Positions 38,932 to 50,184 of a stretch of DNA of 64,000 bases are shown here, piece after piece. A program made the position numbers and the translations under genes. Below the pieces are notes generated by a model that made no database searches, was not told where the DNA came from, and saw only the letters and a list, made by a program, of their open reading frames with translations. Positions within the stretch are counted from its first letter, which is position 1; each line of letters opens with the position of its first letter. Where the stretch lies: positions 28,275 through 92,274 of the IMG/VR virus record IMGVR_UViG_3300029288_000006; one strand, written 5' to 3'. Source of the stretch: a virus (Duplodnaviria; Caudoviricetes).

Positions 38932-38958
38932 ATAACAATCTCACTCCTTTGTATAAAT

Positions 38959-39510
38959 TTACTCTCCATTATCTTCCTTAATTCTCTCATCCCCACTACC
39001 GGGAACACTCATTATATACTCATCACCAAAATCATTGTCTACCATCAACTCACCCAACTCACCCTCGATCTCTCCCTCACCACTAAACTTCTTAATAACC
39101 TCAAACTCCCCCTTATCTTTATCCCCGAAATTTTCCACAAACTCTTTCAAACCCCCATTATTTATATTACTAGTCAACACATCCATAGCCCTGCCAAACC
39201 TACTATCTTCCCTGCTTTTTCTATCAATAAAATCATCAATAATAAATCTCAGAATACTACTTGCGCTGGAATTAGTTCTAGCCATCTCAAACGCCAGAAA
39301 CTTTACATGTCTCTCACTTAATATTACACCAACATAAAATTTCTTCATATGTCTTGAAAATTGTTTTATTCCTCTTATTACACCACTTTCCATAATATCC
39401 TCCACTGTCTTAATCTCACAACCAACCTTACGTCTATTACCGCATAACTCCTTATATAACTTACCTTTATATCTACTCTTTAAATCTTCCAACCTATTTG
39501 CCATAATCAC
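38959..39510 (-). CDS. putative ribbon-helix-helix protein
   Basis: VILSERHVKFL..MARTNSSASSILRFIID. Confidence 0.5.
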   Translation of the reverse strand: MIMANRLEDLKSRYKGKLYKELCGNRRKVGCEIKTVEDIMESGVIRGIKQFSRHMKKFYVGVILSERHVKFLAFEMARTNSSASSILRFIIDDFIDRKSREDSRFGRAMDVLTSNINNGGLKEFVENFGDKDKGEFEVIKKFSGEGEIEGELGELMVDNDFGDEYIMSVPGSGDERIKEDNGE

Positions 39511-39647
39511 AACTCCACAAGAACCCCATCAAAACATTATCAAAACCCTATATATTCTACTGTAGAATATACCACTATATCTTATTAGTACACACTAGAA
39601 TAATCACACCAATAACAACAACCAACGCGGCAATAGCTAACATAATA

Positions 39648-40235
39648 TTATTCCCCTATATTAGACTTTATATATAGTTTTGATTTAAACCTATCTAACT
39701 TATATTTATTACCATTCTTATCTTTCTTATCTTTCTTATTCTCACTCATACTCTTCTTCCTAAACTCTATATACTCCCCAATCTCATCCTCCAATATAAT
39801 ATCCATACCATTTATCGTAGCCCTACCTATCTCATACGCCGTTCCGAACGATTCTTTCCACTTATTCATCAACACCATTACATCGCATCTCAACAGTATA
39901 TTTATATCCCCATCCAAATAATCGTGATACCCTACCTCACTCTCATTAAACATCATAGTATTGAGATGTGGACAAATCGCCGTACCACCCAACTTCCAAA
40001 CTCTAATTGCCACCTTTCTCGCTCTCACAATATTCATCACCGTTCTAACCCACACCATTATCTCATGCACAATCGGTATCCCAATCGTTCCCTTACTTCT
40101 ACCCGTGTACGGTCCACTAACATAAAACAGTAACGACCGTGGAAACCCAAACTCAGGATTCTTATTCTTTCTCTTATCAACAATACTTACTTCTATATTA
40201 GTACTACCATACTTTGTAGCATCATAATCTACCAT
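39648..40235 (-). CDS. nucleoside 2-deoxyribosyltransferase-like (DUF4406/DUF1937) protein
   Basis: YVSGPY, ICPH, CDVMVLM..W..S.G..YE. Confidence 0.75.
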   Translation of the reverse strand: MVDYDATKYGSTNIEVSIVDKRKNKNPEFGFPRSLLFYVSGPYTGRSKGTIGIPIVHEIMVWVRTVMNIVRARKVAIRVWKLGGTAICPHLNTMMFNESEVGYHDYLDGDINILLRCDVMVLMNKWKESFGTAYEIGRATINGMDIILEDEIGEYIEFRKKSMSENKKDKKDKNGNKYKLDRFKSKLYIKSNIGE

Positions 40236-40425
40236 AAAATTATCTCCCGTTAAACTATTATTCTACCCCACCATCTTAATCAGCGTAATAGTAGACCCTG
40301 CCAGAAAACATAAACTACCCACAACATACAACACATAAGATATTATCACGATAACCCTCCCCGTCTACAACTTACCTTTCATCTTACTCCTACCCTTACC
40401 CCTACCTCTATTTTTTCTACCCACT

Positions 40426-40454
40426 AATATACCATACTCCCCTACCTTTGTCAA
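40426..40454 (-). promoter_or_regulatory. sigma70 promoter for the 33.6-40.3 kb leftward block
   Basis: TTGACA-17-TATATT with an extended -10 TG. Confidence 0.8.
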
Positions 40455-41329
40455 GAACTATTTTACAAAATCCAGTAAAATCTTAAAAATAGTTTACCCG
40501 TGATACTTAAAACTCACAATGATAAAACCATAAACCATAACCCAAACCACAACCCAAACCACCGGTAGGTTAAATTTTTACACCTGTCCCTCACCCCCTC
40601 ACCCACCCCACGACAAAACATATATAATGTACGCGCGCTGTAGAACTGCGTTGCCAAAACATATACCAAAAACATAATATTCAACCCACGGAGTGTATAA
40701 ATCTTTACACCAAAACTAACCATATAACTCACACTTATACTTATATCTATAATTATCTTAATACTAACTCATATACTAACCCTAACATTAACACATACTT
40801 GCCTATAACTTCTAGCTTATAATCTGTCTATGAGTACCCCATATACATATACTTATAACTTTAAGTATAGAGTACCCCAATGTAATATAATACATACTGT
40901 AAGTAAATACAAGAATTATTTAATAAGAATTATAAGTATTTTAAAGTTGTGTATACATGAAACAAAAATTTAAATATACACATACATTATCTAATAATAA
41001 TTATAAGATATTGATAGTATTAGAGATAGATTTGATTAGTGGAAAGTTTCTTACATTAAACGATAATAATGTAGTTTATTATTCTTGTTTATTGTATTAC
41101 TTAAGTGTAAAAGTTTGGGGTATATATAGTAAAAGTACGATATAGATATTGTTGTTAGATAATGAGTTACGCTATTTTTAGGGTGTTTTTAGATTTTCGC
41201 GTGTATATTGTATACACAACTATTTTGGGAGGGTTAAGTTGTTGTTTTAATTTAAGTTATTTGAGATTATTTCGCAAAGTCCATTAAGACACCACTATAT
41301 TCAGATATATCTTGTGTTTAAAATAATCC

Positions 41330-41358
41330 TTGACAAAGAAAGTGTGGTTGATTATCTT
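41330..41358 (+). promoter_or_regulatory. sigma70 promoter for the rightward block
   Basis: TTGACA-17-TATCTT. Confidence 0.6.
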
Positions 41359-41501
41359 AGTAAAACTCATTTCGATTGGGTGTTAAAACTTTTTGTGGTT
41401 GTGTTTAAAATTTCTTTTGGAAAGTTGAGGAAAAGATGTTATATTAAAGTCATGACGAAAAGGAAGAATACAATACTAATACTAAACTAATACTAATAAT
41501 A

Positions 41502-41969
41502 TTGGAATTAAAATGGAGATACAATATGTCAAAGGATATAGTGGTGTACAGATACAAGAAAATGTTAGAATGTTTTGAAGATTTTTGGCGCTCATCATCT
41601 GGAGATTCGTTAGATAATAGTTACTGGACGTATATACATCGTGATAGAATTGAAAGAATTGACGGTAGTTTTAATAGTAATATAAGTAATAATATAAAAT
41701 TATGGATTGATGCACATACATTTAATTGTTGGGTGTGGGTTGATACAAATAAGTCACAGTTGAATATATGGTTAAACGATAAATGTACACGGGATGAAGC
41801 AATAAAAGAAATTAAACCAATACTTAGAAATTTATATGTACCTAGATTTAAGAACAAGAGTGAAAGTGAGGAAGAAAAAAAATCAATGTTGGACGAATTT
41901 TATAATAAACTAGCTTTAAAATACGCCACCTTATCAATCTTAGATTATCATAAACGGGGTGATATATGA
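41502..41969 (+). CDS. hypothetical protein
   Basis: ATGA-coupled to nrdJ; likely start is MSKDIV. Confidence 0.6.
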   Translation: MELKWRYNMSKDIVVYRYKKMLECFEDFWRSSSGDSLDNSYWTYIHRDRIERIDGSFNSNISNNIKLWIDAHTFNCWVWVDTNKSQLNIWLNDKCTRDEAIKEIKPILRNLYVPRFKNKSESEEEKKSMLDEFYNKLALKYATLSILDYHKRGDI

Positions 41970-44900
41970 ATTCCACAGAGATTATTGAAAAGGTTTCACA
42001 AGATTCAATTCCGTTTGTTACTCCCGATCTTTCCCCCAATGCTATCACAGTTCTAAATACTCGCTATCTAAAAAAAGATGAGAATGGTACTCCCACTGAA
42101 ACTCCCACTGATATGTTTAAGCGGGTAGCTAAGACAATAGCTGATGTGGAATGTACATGGGGAACTGATATAGCATCTATAGAGAAATTATATAGATTGT
42201 TTTATTCAATGATGGCTAATCTGGACTTCCTACCAAACTCACCCACGCTCATGAATGCGGGACGGGAGTTGGGAAATCTGTCTGCCTGCTTCGTCCTCCC
42301 GATCGAGGACTCGATGGATTCTATTTTTGAGACGTTAAAGCAAACCGCGTTAATCCATAAGAGCGGCGGCGGCACGGGTTTTTCTTTTTCTTCTCTTAGG
42401 TCGAGCGGCGATTGTGTTAAGAGTTCCCACGGCGTTGCCAGTGGACCAATTTCTTTTATGGAGATTTATGATAAAGCCACAGAGACAGTTAAGCAAGGCG
42501 GTACGAGACGTGGAGCCAACATGGGTATGTTGCGAGTTAATCATCCCGATGCGAGACAATTTATTACATGCAAAAAAGATACCACAAGATTAACAAACTT
42601 TAATATTTCTATAGCTCTTACTGATGAATTTATGAAAGCTGTAGAATCTAATTCTACATATAATCTTATTAATCCTCATGGCAATAAGATAGTTAAAGAA
42701 GAGAACGCACGTGAGATATTTGATTTGATAGTGAAGAATGCCCATGAGACGGGTGAACCCGGTATTATATTTATAGATGAAGTAAACAGAAAGAATCCAA
42801 TAATAGGTAGTGTAATTTCTTCCACTAATCCATGTTGGACTGGTGATACTAAAATATGGACTATAAATGGGAAAATTCCAATATCAGAACTAGTTGGAAA
42901 AGAAGTTAAAGTATTAACACAATTATATGATGGAACATTGACATTTAGAACTATGCATAATATTAGAAAAACAAATGAATCATCTAAAATATTACGTGTA
43001 ATATTAGATAATGGAACATCATTATATTGTACTCCTAATCATAAATTATATTTAAAAAATGGTATAAAAATTGAAGCACAAAATTTATTGCCGGGATATA
43101 GACTTTCGAGTGTATATAGGTATAAGGCCAATACTAAGGGTTATATAAAATTAGATAATGGATATGAGCAAGTTTTAGAACATTGGGTAGTTGGTGATGG
43201 TAAATATAATAGGAGACCAGATTATCCAAATGAACATTGCCATCATATTGATGGTAATAAAAAAAATAATGTACCAGAAAATTTGGAATACATTAATGGG
43301 ACAATTCATAATAGTGCTAGAATGATGGGGAAAAATAATCCCATGTTTGGAATTTGGGATGCAAGAAATCCATTCTTTAATATTCCAGTTAATGGTTCTA
43401 ATAATCCAAATTATCGTCATGATATTTCAACCGAAGAAATTATCTCGATGCGAAAATCTGGTAAAACAATAAAAAGTATTTGTGATATATTGGGATGTTG
43501 TAAATATACAGTCCAGAAAAGAATTAGAGAATATAAACAATCCATTTGTAATCATAAGGTAATTAAAATTGAATTATTAGAGGATATGTATCCCGTATAT
43601 AATGGGGAAGTTGATGAAACTCATAGTTATTTTGTGGTAACTGGTACTAATGGTGCTATATTATCTTCCAATTGTGGCGAACAACCTCTGTTACCCTACG
43701 AATCATGTTGTCTTGGTTCTATTAATTTGTCCAATATGGTAAAAAATTATAATATTAATTGGAAGAAGTTGAGTGATGCAATCCATCTCTCTACTAGATT
43801 TTTGGATAATGTAATAGAAGCAAACAGATTCCCACTATCAATTATAGAACAGGAAACAAAGAAGAATCGCAAGATTGGTCTTGGTGTTATGGGATTTGCT
43901 GATATGTTAATTAAACTCGGTATTCCCTACGATTCGGACAAGGCGTTGGGAATAGCCGATACAGTTATGGGTTATATACAGGTAGAATCTCATGATGAAT
44001 CTGTGCATCTAGCGCAACTCCGTGGTGAATTTCCAAATTATAGGGATAGTATTTATTCTCATGGCAATGTGATATGTGTCTATATGCGCAATGCTACTAC
44101 CACAACTATCGCGCCTACCGGAACCCTTAGTATTATAGCTTCATGTTCGAGTGGAATAGAACCATTGTTCGCACTTGAATATACAAAGAACGTTATGGAC
44201 GGTAAGAAATTAATAGAAGTACATCCTGAACTGAAAAGAAACTTGGATTTTTATAAAGTTAATAATTTCAATGAGTTACCAGATACGATTAAATCAGTTT
44301 TCAGGGTTGCTCATGATATACCAGTAGAATGGCATGTTAAGATGCAAGCTGCATTCCAGAGATATACAGACAATGCGGTGAGCAAAACTATTAATTTCCC
44401 GTCTACCGCGACAACTGAAGATGTTAAGAAAGCATATCTATTAGCTTATGAGTTAGGATGTAAGGGTGTAACTATTTATCGAGATGGTTCGCGTAGTAAT
44501 CAGGTTCTTACTACTAATAAAGATGAGAGTAAGACAGAAAATAAGGAAGAAGAGGTTGTTGTTTCTAAACCCCGTTCTCGTCCCACCAAAACTTCCGGTA
44601 CAACAGAGAAAATTAAGACTGGTTGTGGTAATTTATATGTAACAGTCAACAATGATTCTGATGGTTTATGCGAAGTATTCTGTACAATGGGTAGATCGGG
44701 AGGTTGCACATCGAGCCAATCGGAAGCGATTAGTCGCCTCATATCCCTAGCATTGCGTAGCAAAATAGATTTATCAGATATAGTCCATCAACTCAAGGGT
44801 ATACGTTGCCCATCTCCAATTTGGCAAAATGGTAAACTTATATTGTCTTGCGCTGATGCAATAGCTAACTCACTCAATAGTCATATCGAAAGTACTATCG

Positions 44901-45016
44901 AATCCACAACCCACGATGATAGAAATAGTTTTCTGTGTCCCGAATGTGGTGAAGAAGTAGAAGTTTCCGAGGGTTGTTTTATATGTAAGCATTGTGGATA
45001 TTCTAAATGTCAGTGA
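41966..45016 (+). CDS. nrdJ: adenosylcobalamin-dependent class II ribonucleotide reductase, intein-containing
   Basis: [36 protein letters not shown]|CGEQ split by an intein, TIAPTGT, C-terminal TSCPD-like domain and Zn ribbon. Confidence 0.95.
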   Translation: MNSTEIIEKVSQDSIPFVTPDLSPNAITVLNTRYLKKDENGTPTETPTDMFKRVAKTIADVECTWGTDIASIEKLYRLFYSMMANLDFLPNSPTLMNAGRELGNLSACFVLPIEDSMDSIFETLKQTALIHKSGGGTGFSFSSLRSSGDCVKSSHGVASGPISFMEIYDKATETVKQGGTRRGANMGMLRVNHPDARQFITCKKDTTRLTNFNISIALTDEFMKAVESNSTYNLINPHGNKIVKEENAREIFDLIVKNAHETGEPGIIFIDEVNRKNPIIGSVISSTNPCWTGDTKIWTINGKIPISELVGKEVKVLTQLYDGTLTFRTMHNIRKTNESSKILRVILDNGTSLYCTPNHKLYLKNGIKIEAQNLLPGYRLSSVYRYKANTKGYIKLDNGYEQVLEHWVVGDGKYNRRPDYPNEHCHHIDGNKKNNVPENLEYINGTIHNSARMMGKNNPMFGIWDARNPFFNIPVNGSNNPNYRHDISTEEIISMRKSGKTIKSICDILGCCKYTVQKRIREYKQSICNHKVIKIELLEDMYPVYNGEVDETHSYFVVTGTNGAILSSNCGEQPLLPYESCCLGSINLSNMVKNYNINWKKLSDAIHLSTRFLDNVIEANRFPLSIIEQETKKNRKIGLGVMGFADMLIKLGIPYDSDKALGIADTVMGYIQVESHDESVHLAQLRGEFPNYRDSIYSHGNVICVYMRNATTTTIAPTGTLSIIASCSSGIEPLFALEYTKNVMDGKKLIEVHPELKRNLDFYKVNNFNELPDTIKSVFRVAHDIPVEWHVKMQAAFQRYTDNAVSKTINFPSTATTEDVKKAYLLAYELGCKGVTIYRDGSRSNQVLTTNKDESKTENKEEEVVVSKPRSRPTKTSGTTEKIKTGCGNLYVTVNNDSDGLCEVFCTMGRSGGCTSSQSEAISRLISLALRSKIDLSDIVHQLKGIRCPSPIWQNGKLILSCADAIANSLNSHIESTIESTTHDDRNSFLCPECGEEVEVSEGCFICKHCGYSKCQ
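42833..43672 (+). mobile_element. intein (280 aa) with HNH endonuclease, inserted at the RNR catalytic NPC motif
   Basis: Starts CWTGDT, block [27 protein letters not shown], ends SSN before Cys+1. Confidence 0.92.
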
Positions 45017-45031
45017 GATTTAAAATAGTAC

Positions 45032-45060
45032 TTGCTAAATGTAATTCAATGTGTTATATT
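45032..45060 (+). promoter_or_regulatory. sigma70-type promoter
   Basis: TTGCTA-17-TATATT with an extended -10 TG. Confidence 0.55.
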
Positions 45061-45812
45061 ATATTAACGTTAAACTTTATATTATAGGATATGATATGCG
45101 AACCTATATAACTGATGCACAAGAAATTGATGGATGTGAAGAAGATAACCCTATTAGAAAACTGAATGTTGAGTATGACATACCCGTAGAAATAGGGAAA
45201 CTTTTTATTGGTAAGACGGAACAGGAAACAGAATACAACGTTGAGTTATTCCGTAAAGTATTAAAACAAATAGTAGATGAAAAAGTTAAGCAGAATACCA
45301 CGGAAGTATGTAATAAGATTCATCTTATCGCTCTTACCTCACTCCAATGTATTTTGAAAGATGTTAAGTGTGTGGCATTATTGTGGGGATTTTTATTGCC
45401 AGCTAATATTATGAGTACATTGATAATGATGTCGAATCTTATGATGAGTAAAATTAAGTGTTTATACCCAGACTATAAATATTGTGGTATTGATATTAAG
45501 AAGATAAATGAAGAATATGTTACCGGTGATTATGATATGAGATCGGGGGTAAAGTATTGGGTTGGTGATTGTGTGAGTCGTGGTAATATACCGTATGGAT
45601 ATGACGTGGATCGTGATAGAAATCTCGTAGAAAATCCAAATGAAATGGCAGTTATACATAAAATTTATGCTATGTATTATAGTGGTACGAGTTATGAAGA
45701 TATAGCGAAATATTTGACCGAACACAATGTAGCAAGCAAGATGAACAGTCAATGGAGTGATAATCTCATACGCGATATTATTAACCGTGGAGTTAAACTA
45801 TCATGGGTTTAG
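45051..45812 (+). CDS. protein with C-terminal serine-recombinase 'recombinase' DNA-binding domain; no catalytic domain seen
   Basis: IPYGY..E..VI.KI..MY..G.SY..IA.YL..W....IRDII; likely start is MRTY near 45096. Confidence 0.65.
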   Translation: MLYYINVKLYIIGYDMRTYITDAQEIDGCEEDNPIRKLNVEYDIPVEIGKLFIGKTEQETEYNVELFRKVLKQIVDEKVKQNTTEVCNKIHLIALTSLQCILKDVKCVALLWGFLLPANIMSTLIMMSNLMMSKIKCLYPDYKYCGIDIKKINEEYVTGDYDMRSGVKYWVGDCVSRGNIPYGYDVDRDRNLVENPNEMAVIHKIYAMYYSGTSYEDIAKYLTEHNVASKMNSQWSDNLIRDIINRGVKLSWV

Positions 45813-46282
45813 CATATTCCGATACAACCGATTCTGATTTTAGATTGTTTATACAAGAGTTTGAATATTGGCAGAAAAAATTTGGGTTATTGGATTGGGA
45901 AATATTATTTGAAAAGAAATATTCAAAGGGGTTGGTCGCCAGTCTTAGTTATAATATGTTGTCTCGTGGTTGTATAGTTATGTTGTCAAGTAAAATACCA
46001 TCGCGTGAATACAATAAGTTATCAATTATGATGTCAGCGTTTCATGAAGTATGTGAATTGTTATTGAGTGGTTTTAATACTATTATTGAGAATTCTAGAG
46101 ATTATTTACCAAAGAATATTGCAGAAAATAGTGAAGGTGAACAGCATAGAATTATTATGATATTACAGAATTCTATGTTTATAGATGATTTAGTGAAGAG
46201 AATGGGGTTAGATAGTTTTAATGGTATAGAACAATTAACTAATGTAGTTGAGGAATATTACAGGGATCGCTTAAATGGATGA
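45803..46282 (+). CDS. HExxE zincin-like protein, paralog 3
   Basis: DF..F..YW.KKFGL.DWEI, SAFHEVCE, distal QHRII. Confidence 0.6.
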   Translation: MGLAYSDTTDSDFRLFIQEFEYWQKKFGLLDWEILFEKKYSKGLVASLSYNMLSRGCIVMLSSKIPSREYNKLSIMMSAFHEVCELLLSGFNTIIENSRDYLPKNIAENSEGEQHRIIMILQNSMFIDDLVKRMGLDSFNGIEQLTNVVEEYYRDRLNG

Positions 46283-46571
46283 TAATCAATATGTTATTAA
46301 TGAACGTCAAATTCCGGTTAGAGCTATAGAAGTATTGCAAGAAGTATTGGATTATGGTAGGGCGCATGGCAAATCTGGTTGGTTTGGTATGAGCCACAAG
46401 GAACATGTGGATCATTTAATCAGGCATATTATTGATTTTTGTGATATAAGGGATGGTAATATTACCGATAATGAAGAGTCTGCTGTTGATCATCTGTCCC
46501 ATGCATTTTGTAGAATGATGATGCTTTATATAACATACTGTAAAGAGAATAACTTGCACGGTGTTAAATAA
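46275..46571 (+). CDS. dATP/dGTP diphosphohydrolase-like (DUF5664) protein
   Basis: EVL.YG.....W..HL.RH..D.ES..HL.HA..R.M. Confidence 0.65.
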   Translation: MDDNQYVINERQIPVRAIEVLQEVLDYGRAHGKSGWFGMSHKEHVDHLIRHIIDFCDIRDGNITDNEESAVDHLSHAFCRMMMLYITYCKENNLHGVK

Positions 46572-46598
46572 TGTAGTTTATATTGGGGAGTATATATC

Positions 46599-47537
46599 AT
46601 GGCAACTACAAACATTGATAGTTGGAATTTGCTCAAAAAACTTCGTAGTATTATAGATAAGTATGGTTACACATTTACTCCAAGTGAATATGATTATATT
46701 AAGGAACCCGATAAACCATCAAGGAGTACGTTGCGTAGGTATATTGGTGGGTGGCAGGTATGTCTTAGTAAAGCTATGGAATTGGATTTAAACAAACCTA
46801 GTATGATTTCTGCGAGCAGTCCAGATAAACTTATCAATGTTATTAGACTTTGTGATTGGCATATACCATTTCACGATGAGGATGCGCTTCATTGCGCAAT
46901 TGACTTCTGTAATAAAATACAACCTGATATTATAGTGTTAGATGAGTTGAATGACTGGTATGTATTAAGTAGATTCGACCAAGACCCAAAACGTATTAAT
47001 TCGCTTCAGGAAGAACTGGATATAACTGAACATTATTTGAATGTTATCCGCCAGTTGTGTCCAAATTCCCAAATGATAATGTTGGAATCGAATCATCAGG
47101 AAAGAATGAGAAAATATATTTGGAGGACAGCTAGTAAATTGTCCAGTCTTAGATGTTTAAAAACACCATCCCTGCTCAACTTAACTCAGTATGGTATAGA
47201 ATTTTTTGAAACATTTACTTATAAGAATTTCTTATTTAAACATGGGAATATTGTTAGACCGCACTCCGCATACTCCGCGCGTATGGAATTTGAACAGGAA
47301 GGTATGAGTGGATGTTCGGGCCATACCCATAGACTCTCGGAATATTTTGTTACCAAACGCGGTGGAGAATATATGTGGATGGAGTGTGGATGTTTGTGTA
47401 AACGTGAAGATGTTGAATATATTAGAGGTACGTCGAATTGGCAACATGGAATTGGGTTGATAAGTTTCAAGGAAGATTCAGATCATTTTGTAGCTCGTGT
47501 CCTTCCAATCATTGATAATGAAATTTTATTTAGTTAG
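46599..47537 (+). CDS. calcineurin-like metallophosphoesterase with N-terminal helical (homing-endonuclease-associated-repeat-like) domain
   Basis: DWHIPF, SNHQER, FKHG, GHTHR, NWQHG; N-terminal PSRSTLRRYIGGW. Confidence 0.8.
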   Translation: MATTNIDSWNLLKKLRSIIDKYGYTFTPSEYDYIKEPDKPSRSTLRRYIGGWQVCLSKAMELDLNKPSMISASSPDKLINVIRLCDWHIPFHDEDALHCAIDFCNKIQPDIIVLDELNDWYVLSRFDQDPKRINSLQEELDITEHYLNVIRQLCPNSQMIMLESNHQERMRKYIWRTASKLSSLRCLKTPSLLNLTQYGIEFFETFTYKNFLFKHGNIVRPHSAYSARMEFEQEGMSGCSGHTHRLSEYFVTKRGGEYMWMECGCLCKREDVEYIRGTSNWQHGIGLISFKEDSDHFVARVLPIIDNEILFS

Positions 47538-47546
47538 GAATATAAT

Positions 47547-47774
47547 GTGCTTGATATAACTGTGAATTTTGATGGTAGTGTTTCGTTTAAATCTAATTTC
47601 CAATGGATGTGCGTGGAAGAGCGTGGGTTTGTACATGTTATGCCAATTAATGATCTCTGTGCTCATGATTATGAATTTTGTTTATGTAACCCGTCCACGG
47701 AAATGGATGGTAAGTTGGTTATACACAATAGTTTTGATGGTAGAGAATATATAGAATCCGGGCAATGTAGTTGA
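47547..47774 (+). CDS. small conserved phage protein (HVMPIND..H..C.CNP..HNSFDGRE)
   Basis: Recurrent phage motif. Confidence 0.6.
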   Translation: MLDITVNFDGSVSFKSNFQWMCVEERGFVHVMPINDLCAHDYEFCLCNPSTEMDGKLVIHNSFDGREYIESGQCS

Positions 47775-48026
47775 GATTATCGGGAGAAATATTATGCTTT
47801 ATAAATATGTGGTATTGGTTAATTGTGGATGGTCACGGGAAACTGGTAAACCAGATGACCCGAAATACACAATGTCTATCCAACCTTATATATGTGATAC
47901 ATTTGAAGAGGCTAGATATATACGTGATAAGTTAAATGATGTTTTATATAAAGACACTCATCATGTACCCTTTAAGTTTTATGATGGTTACACTGCTTAT
48001 GTTTATAAATTAGTTGAAAGTGAAGA

Positions 48027-48542
48027 GTGATAATACTTATGAATAAGAAACAAACGATGCTGGAAGTAGCAAAAGAAGAATTAAAGATTAAACCGGTAGT
48101 TACCGGACAATTAGATAAACGTATTATGGATGATGGATATAGACCAGAATATTGTGATGCGTTGATTGAGTTTTTTAATAGACCTCCATATAAGATAGAG
48201 GTTACAGATAAAAACAAGACTGTTTTTGTTCCCAATGAATTACCGTTAATGGCATCGTTCGCCACAAAGATAGGTATTAGCCAAGTAAGAATAAGAGAAT
48301 GGATAAAGAAGTACCCCGAATTCAAAGAAGCCGTTGAATGTGCTAGAGATATGATGGAAACAATACTTGTAGTTAATTCTCTGCTTGGTAATTATAATCC
48401 AGCGGCTTCTACGTTTGCACTAAAGAATCTACTTGGTTGGTCTGATAGGGTTAAGACCGAGACTGTTACCGAACTTAATATTAATTCGGTGATTCAAAAA
48501 GTTGAAGAAATAAATAGAACAAAGGGTTTTCTTGATGAGTAA
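48027..48542 (+). CDS. terS: terminase small subunit
   Basis: YRPEYC, HTH-like FA.KIGI..EW.KKYPEF.EA, FALKN..GW.D; directly upstream of TerL. Confidence 0.8.
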   Translation: MIILMNKKQTMLEVAKEELKIKPVVTGQLDKRIMDDGYRPEYCDALIEFFNRPPYKIEVTDKNKTVFVPNELPLMASFATKIGISQVRIREWIKKYPEFKEAVECARDMMETILVVNSLLGNYNPAASTFALKNLLGWSDRVKTETVTELNINSVIQKVEEINRTKGFLDE

Positions 48543-50184
48543 TGAAGAACCGAAATACCGTGAAGTATATATAAAGACTGACCCAAAGACCAATAAAGAA
48601 AAGAAATTACTTGAGATTCCCATTGATGTGCCAAGAATTGATGGTAATGACAATTCTGATGGAGATAAATCCGAACAGGAATACAATAATGCTATAGATA
48701 AGATGGCAAGTCGAAGGTGGAGATTAAATCATCTTTATCATATTATAGATAAGAATGGCAAGAAGATACAGTTCCATATGAATGAAGTGCAGGAGAAGTT
48801 ATATAATGACCGATGGTATTTGAATCTTATCCCCAAGGCGCGTCAGCATGGTATTACTACATTTATAGATTTACTTGGATTGGACGCTGCATTATTTACT
48901 CCCAACTTTGGTATTTCTATTATAGCGCATACCAAACCGGATGCGAAACGTATATTCGAGGAAAAAGTAAAGTTCCCATATGAGAGTCTACCGGAACAAT
49001 TAAGGAGTGTTTGCGAATCAAAGATTGATACTGCTAATCATATGAAATTTTCTAATGGTTCTAGTATACGAGTTGAAGCTACAGGTAGAAGTGGAACTTT
49101 CCAGTTTTTACACGTTTCGGAGTTCGCTAAGATATGTAAGGATTATCCAGAGAAAGCGCGTGAGATTATAAATGGTGCGCTCAATACCATTCATAAGGGT
49201 AATATAGTATTTATAGAATGTACACCTGCGGGTGCCGAAGGTTATTTCTTTGAACAATGTAAACGCGCAGAAGATTTAAAGAATTCTAATATACCACTTA
49301 CCGAAATGGATTTTAAATTACATTTCTTCCCGTGGCATGATAATCCTGAATATAATTTAAATCCAGAAGGTATGATAATATACCCATACTTACAGGAATA
49401 TTTTGAACAACTTAAAATTAACGAAGGAATAACATTATCCGAATCGCAAAAAGCATGGTATATTAAGAAGAAAGAATTGCTTGGGGAAGATATAACTTCT
49501 GAATTTCCAAGTACTTATGATGAATGTTTCCGGTCTCATGTCGAGGGTAATTATTATTCTCAACAGTTTATTAAGATGAGACAGGAAAATAGAATGACCA
49601 AAGTACCCTACCAACTTGGTTATCTTGTTGATACTGTTTGGGATTTGGGTGTTGGCGACGATACCGCTATATGGTTTACGCAAATGGTTGGGCGTGAACC
49701 ACATATAATTAACTATTATGAAAATTCCAATGAGGGTATGAATCATTACGCGAATAAACTTTGGGAATTTAGGGAGAAGTTTAACTATCGTTACGGAGAA
49801 CACATAGCACCGCACGATATTATGGTTCGGGAACTTGGTGCGAGAGATGCAGAGACCAGATTTGTTACGGCACGTAATCTTGGGATTAGATTCCGTATAG
49901 CTCCGAACATACCAATAGATGATGGTATTGAACAATCTCGCCAACTACTTTCAATCGCTTGGTTTGACATTGGAAACTGTGAGGCTGGACTTAAACACCT
50001 TGAGGGTTACAAGCGCGCATGGGATAATAAAAATGGATGCTGGAAAGATAGACCCATGAAAAATCAGCACTGTCATGCTGCCGACGCATTTAGATATAGA
50101 GCGGTCACATGGAAAGAAATGAGTAATAGACGCAATATAGTGTCACCCAAAAGAAGGATTATCACGCCCGCGTCATGGAGTTAA
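48532..50184 (+). CDS. terL: terminase large subunit
   Basis: KARQHGITT Walker A, LHVSEFA Walker B, WDLG..D, HAADAFRY. Confidence 0.95.
   Translation: MMSNEEPKYREVYIKTDPKTNKEKKLLEIPIDVPRIDGNDNSDGDKSEQEYNNAIDKMASRRWRLNHLYHIIDKNGKKIQFHMNEVQEKLYNDRWYLNLIPKARQHGITTFIDLLGLDAALFTPNFGISIIAHTKPDAKRIFEEKVKFPYESLPEQLRSVCESKIDTANHMKFSNGSSIRVEATGRSGTFQFLHVSEFAKICKDYPEKAREIINGALNTIHKGNIVFIECTPAGAEGYFFEQCKRAEDLKNSNIPLTEMDFKLHFFPWHDNPEYNLNPEGMIIYPYLQEYFEQLKINEGITLSESQKAWYIKKKELLGEDITSEFPSTYDECFRSHVEGNYYSQQFIKMRQENRMTKVPYQLGYLVDTVWDLGVGDDTAIWFTQMVGREPHIINYYENSNEGMNHYANKLWEFREKFNYRYGEHIAPHDIMVRELGARDAETRFVTARNLGIRFRIAPNIPIDDGIEQSRQLLSIAWFDIGNCEAGLKHLEGYKRAWDNKNGCWKDRPMKNQHCHAADAFRYRAVTWKEMSNRRNIVSPKRRIITPASWS

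Noticed and set aside
40514-41145. ORFs 40514-40732 and 40957-41145
   Set aside because: They lie in the low-complexity zone between divergent promoters, have no clear RBS, and are probably non-coding.
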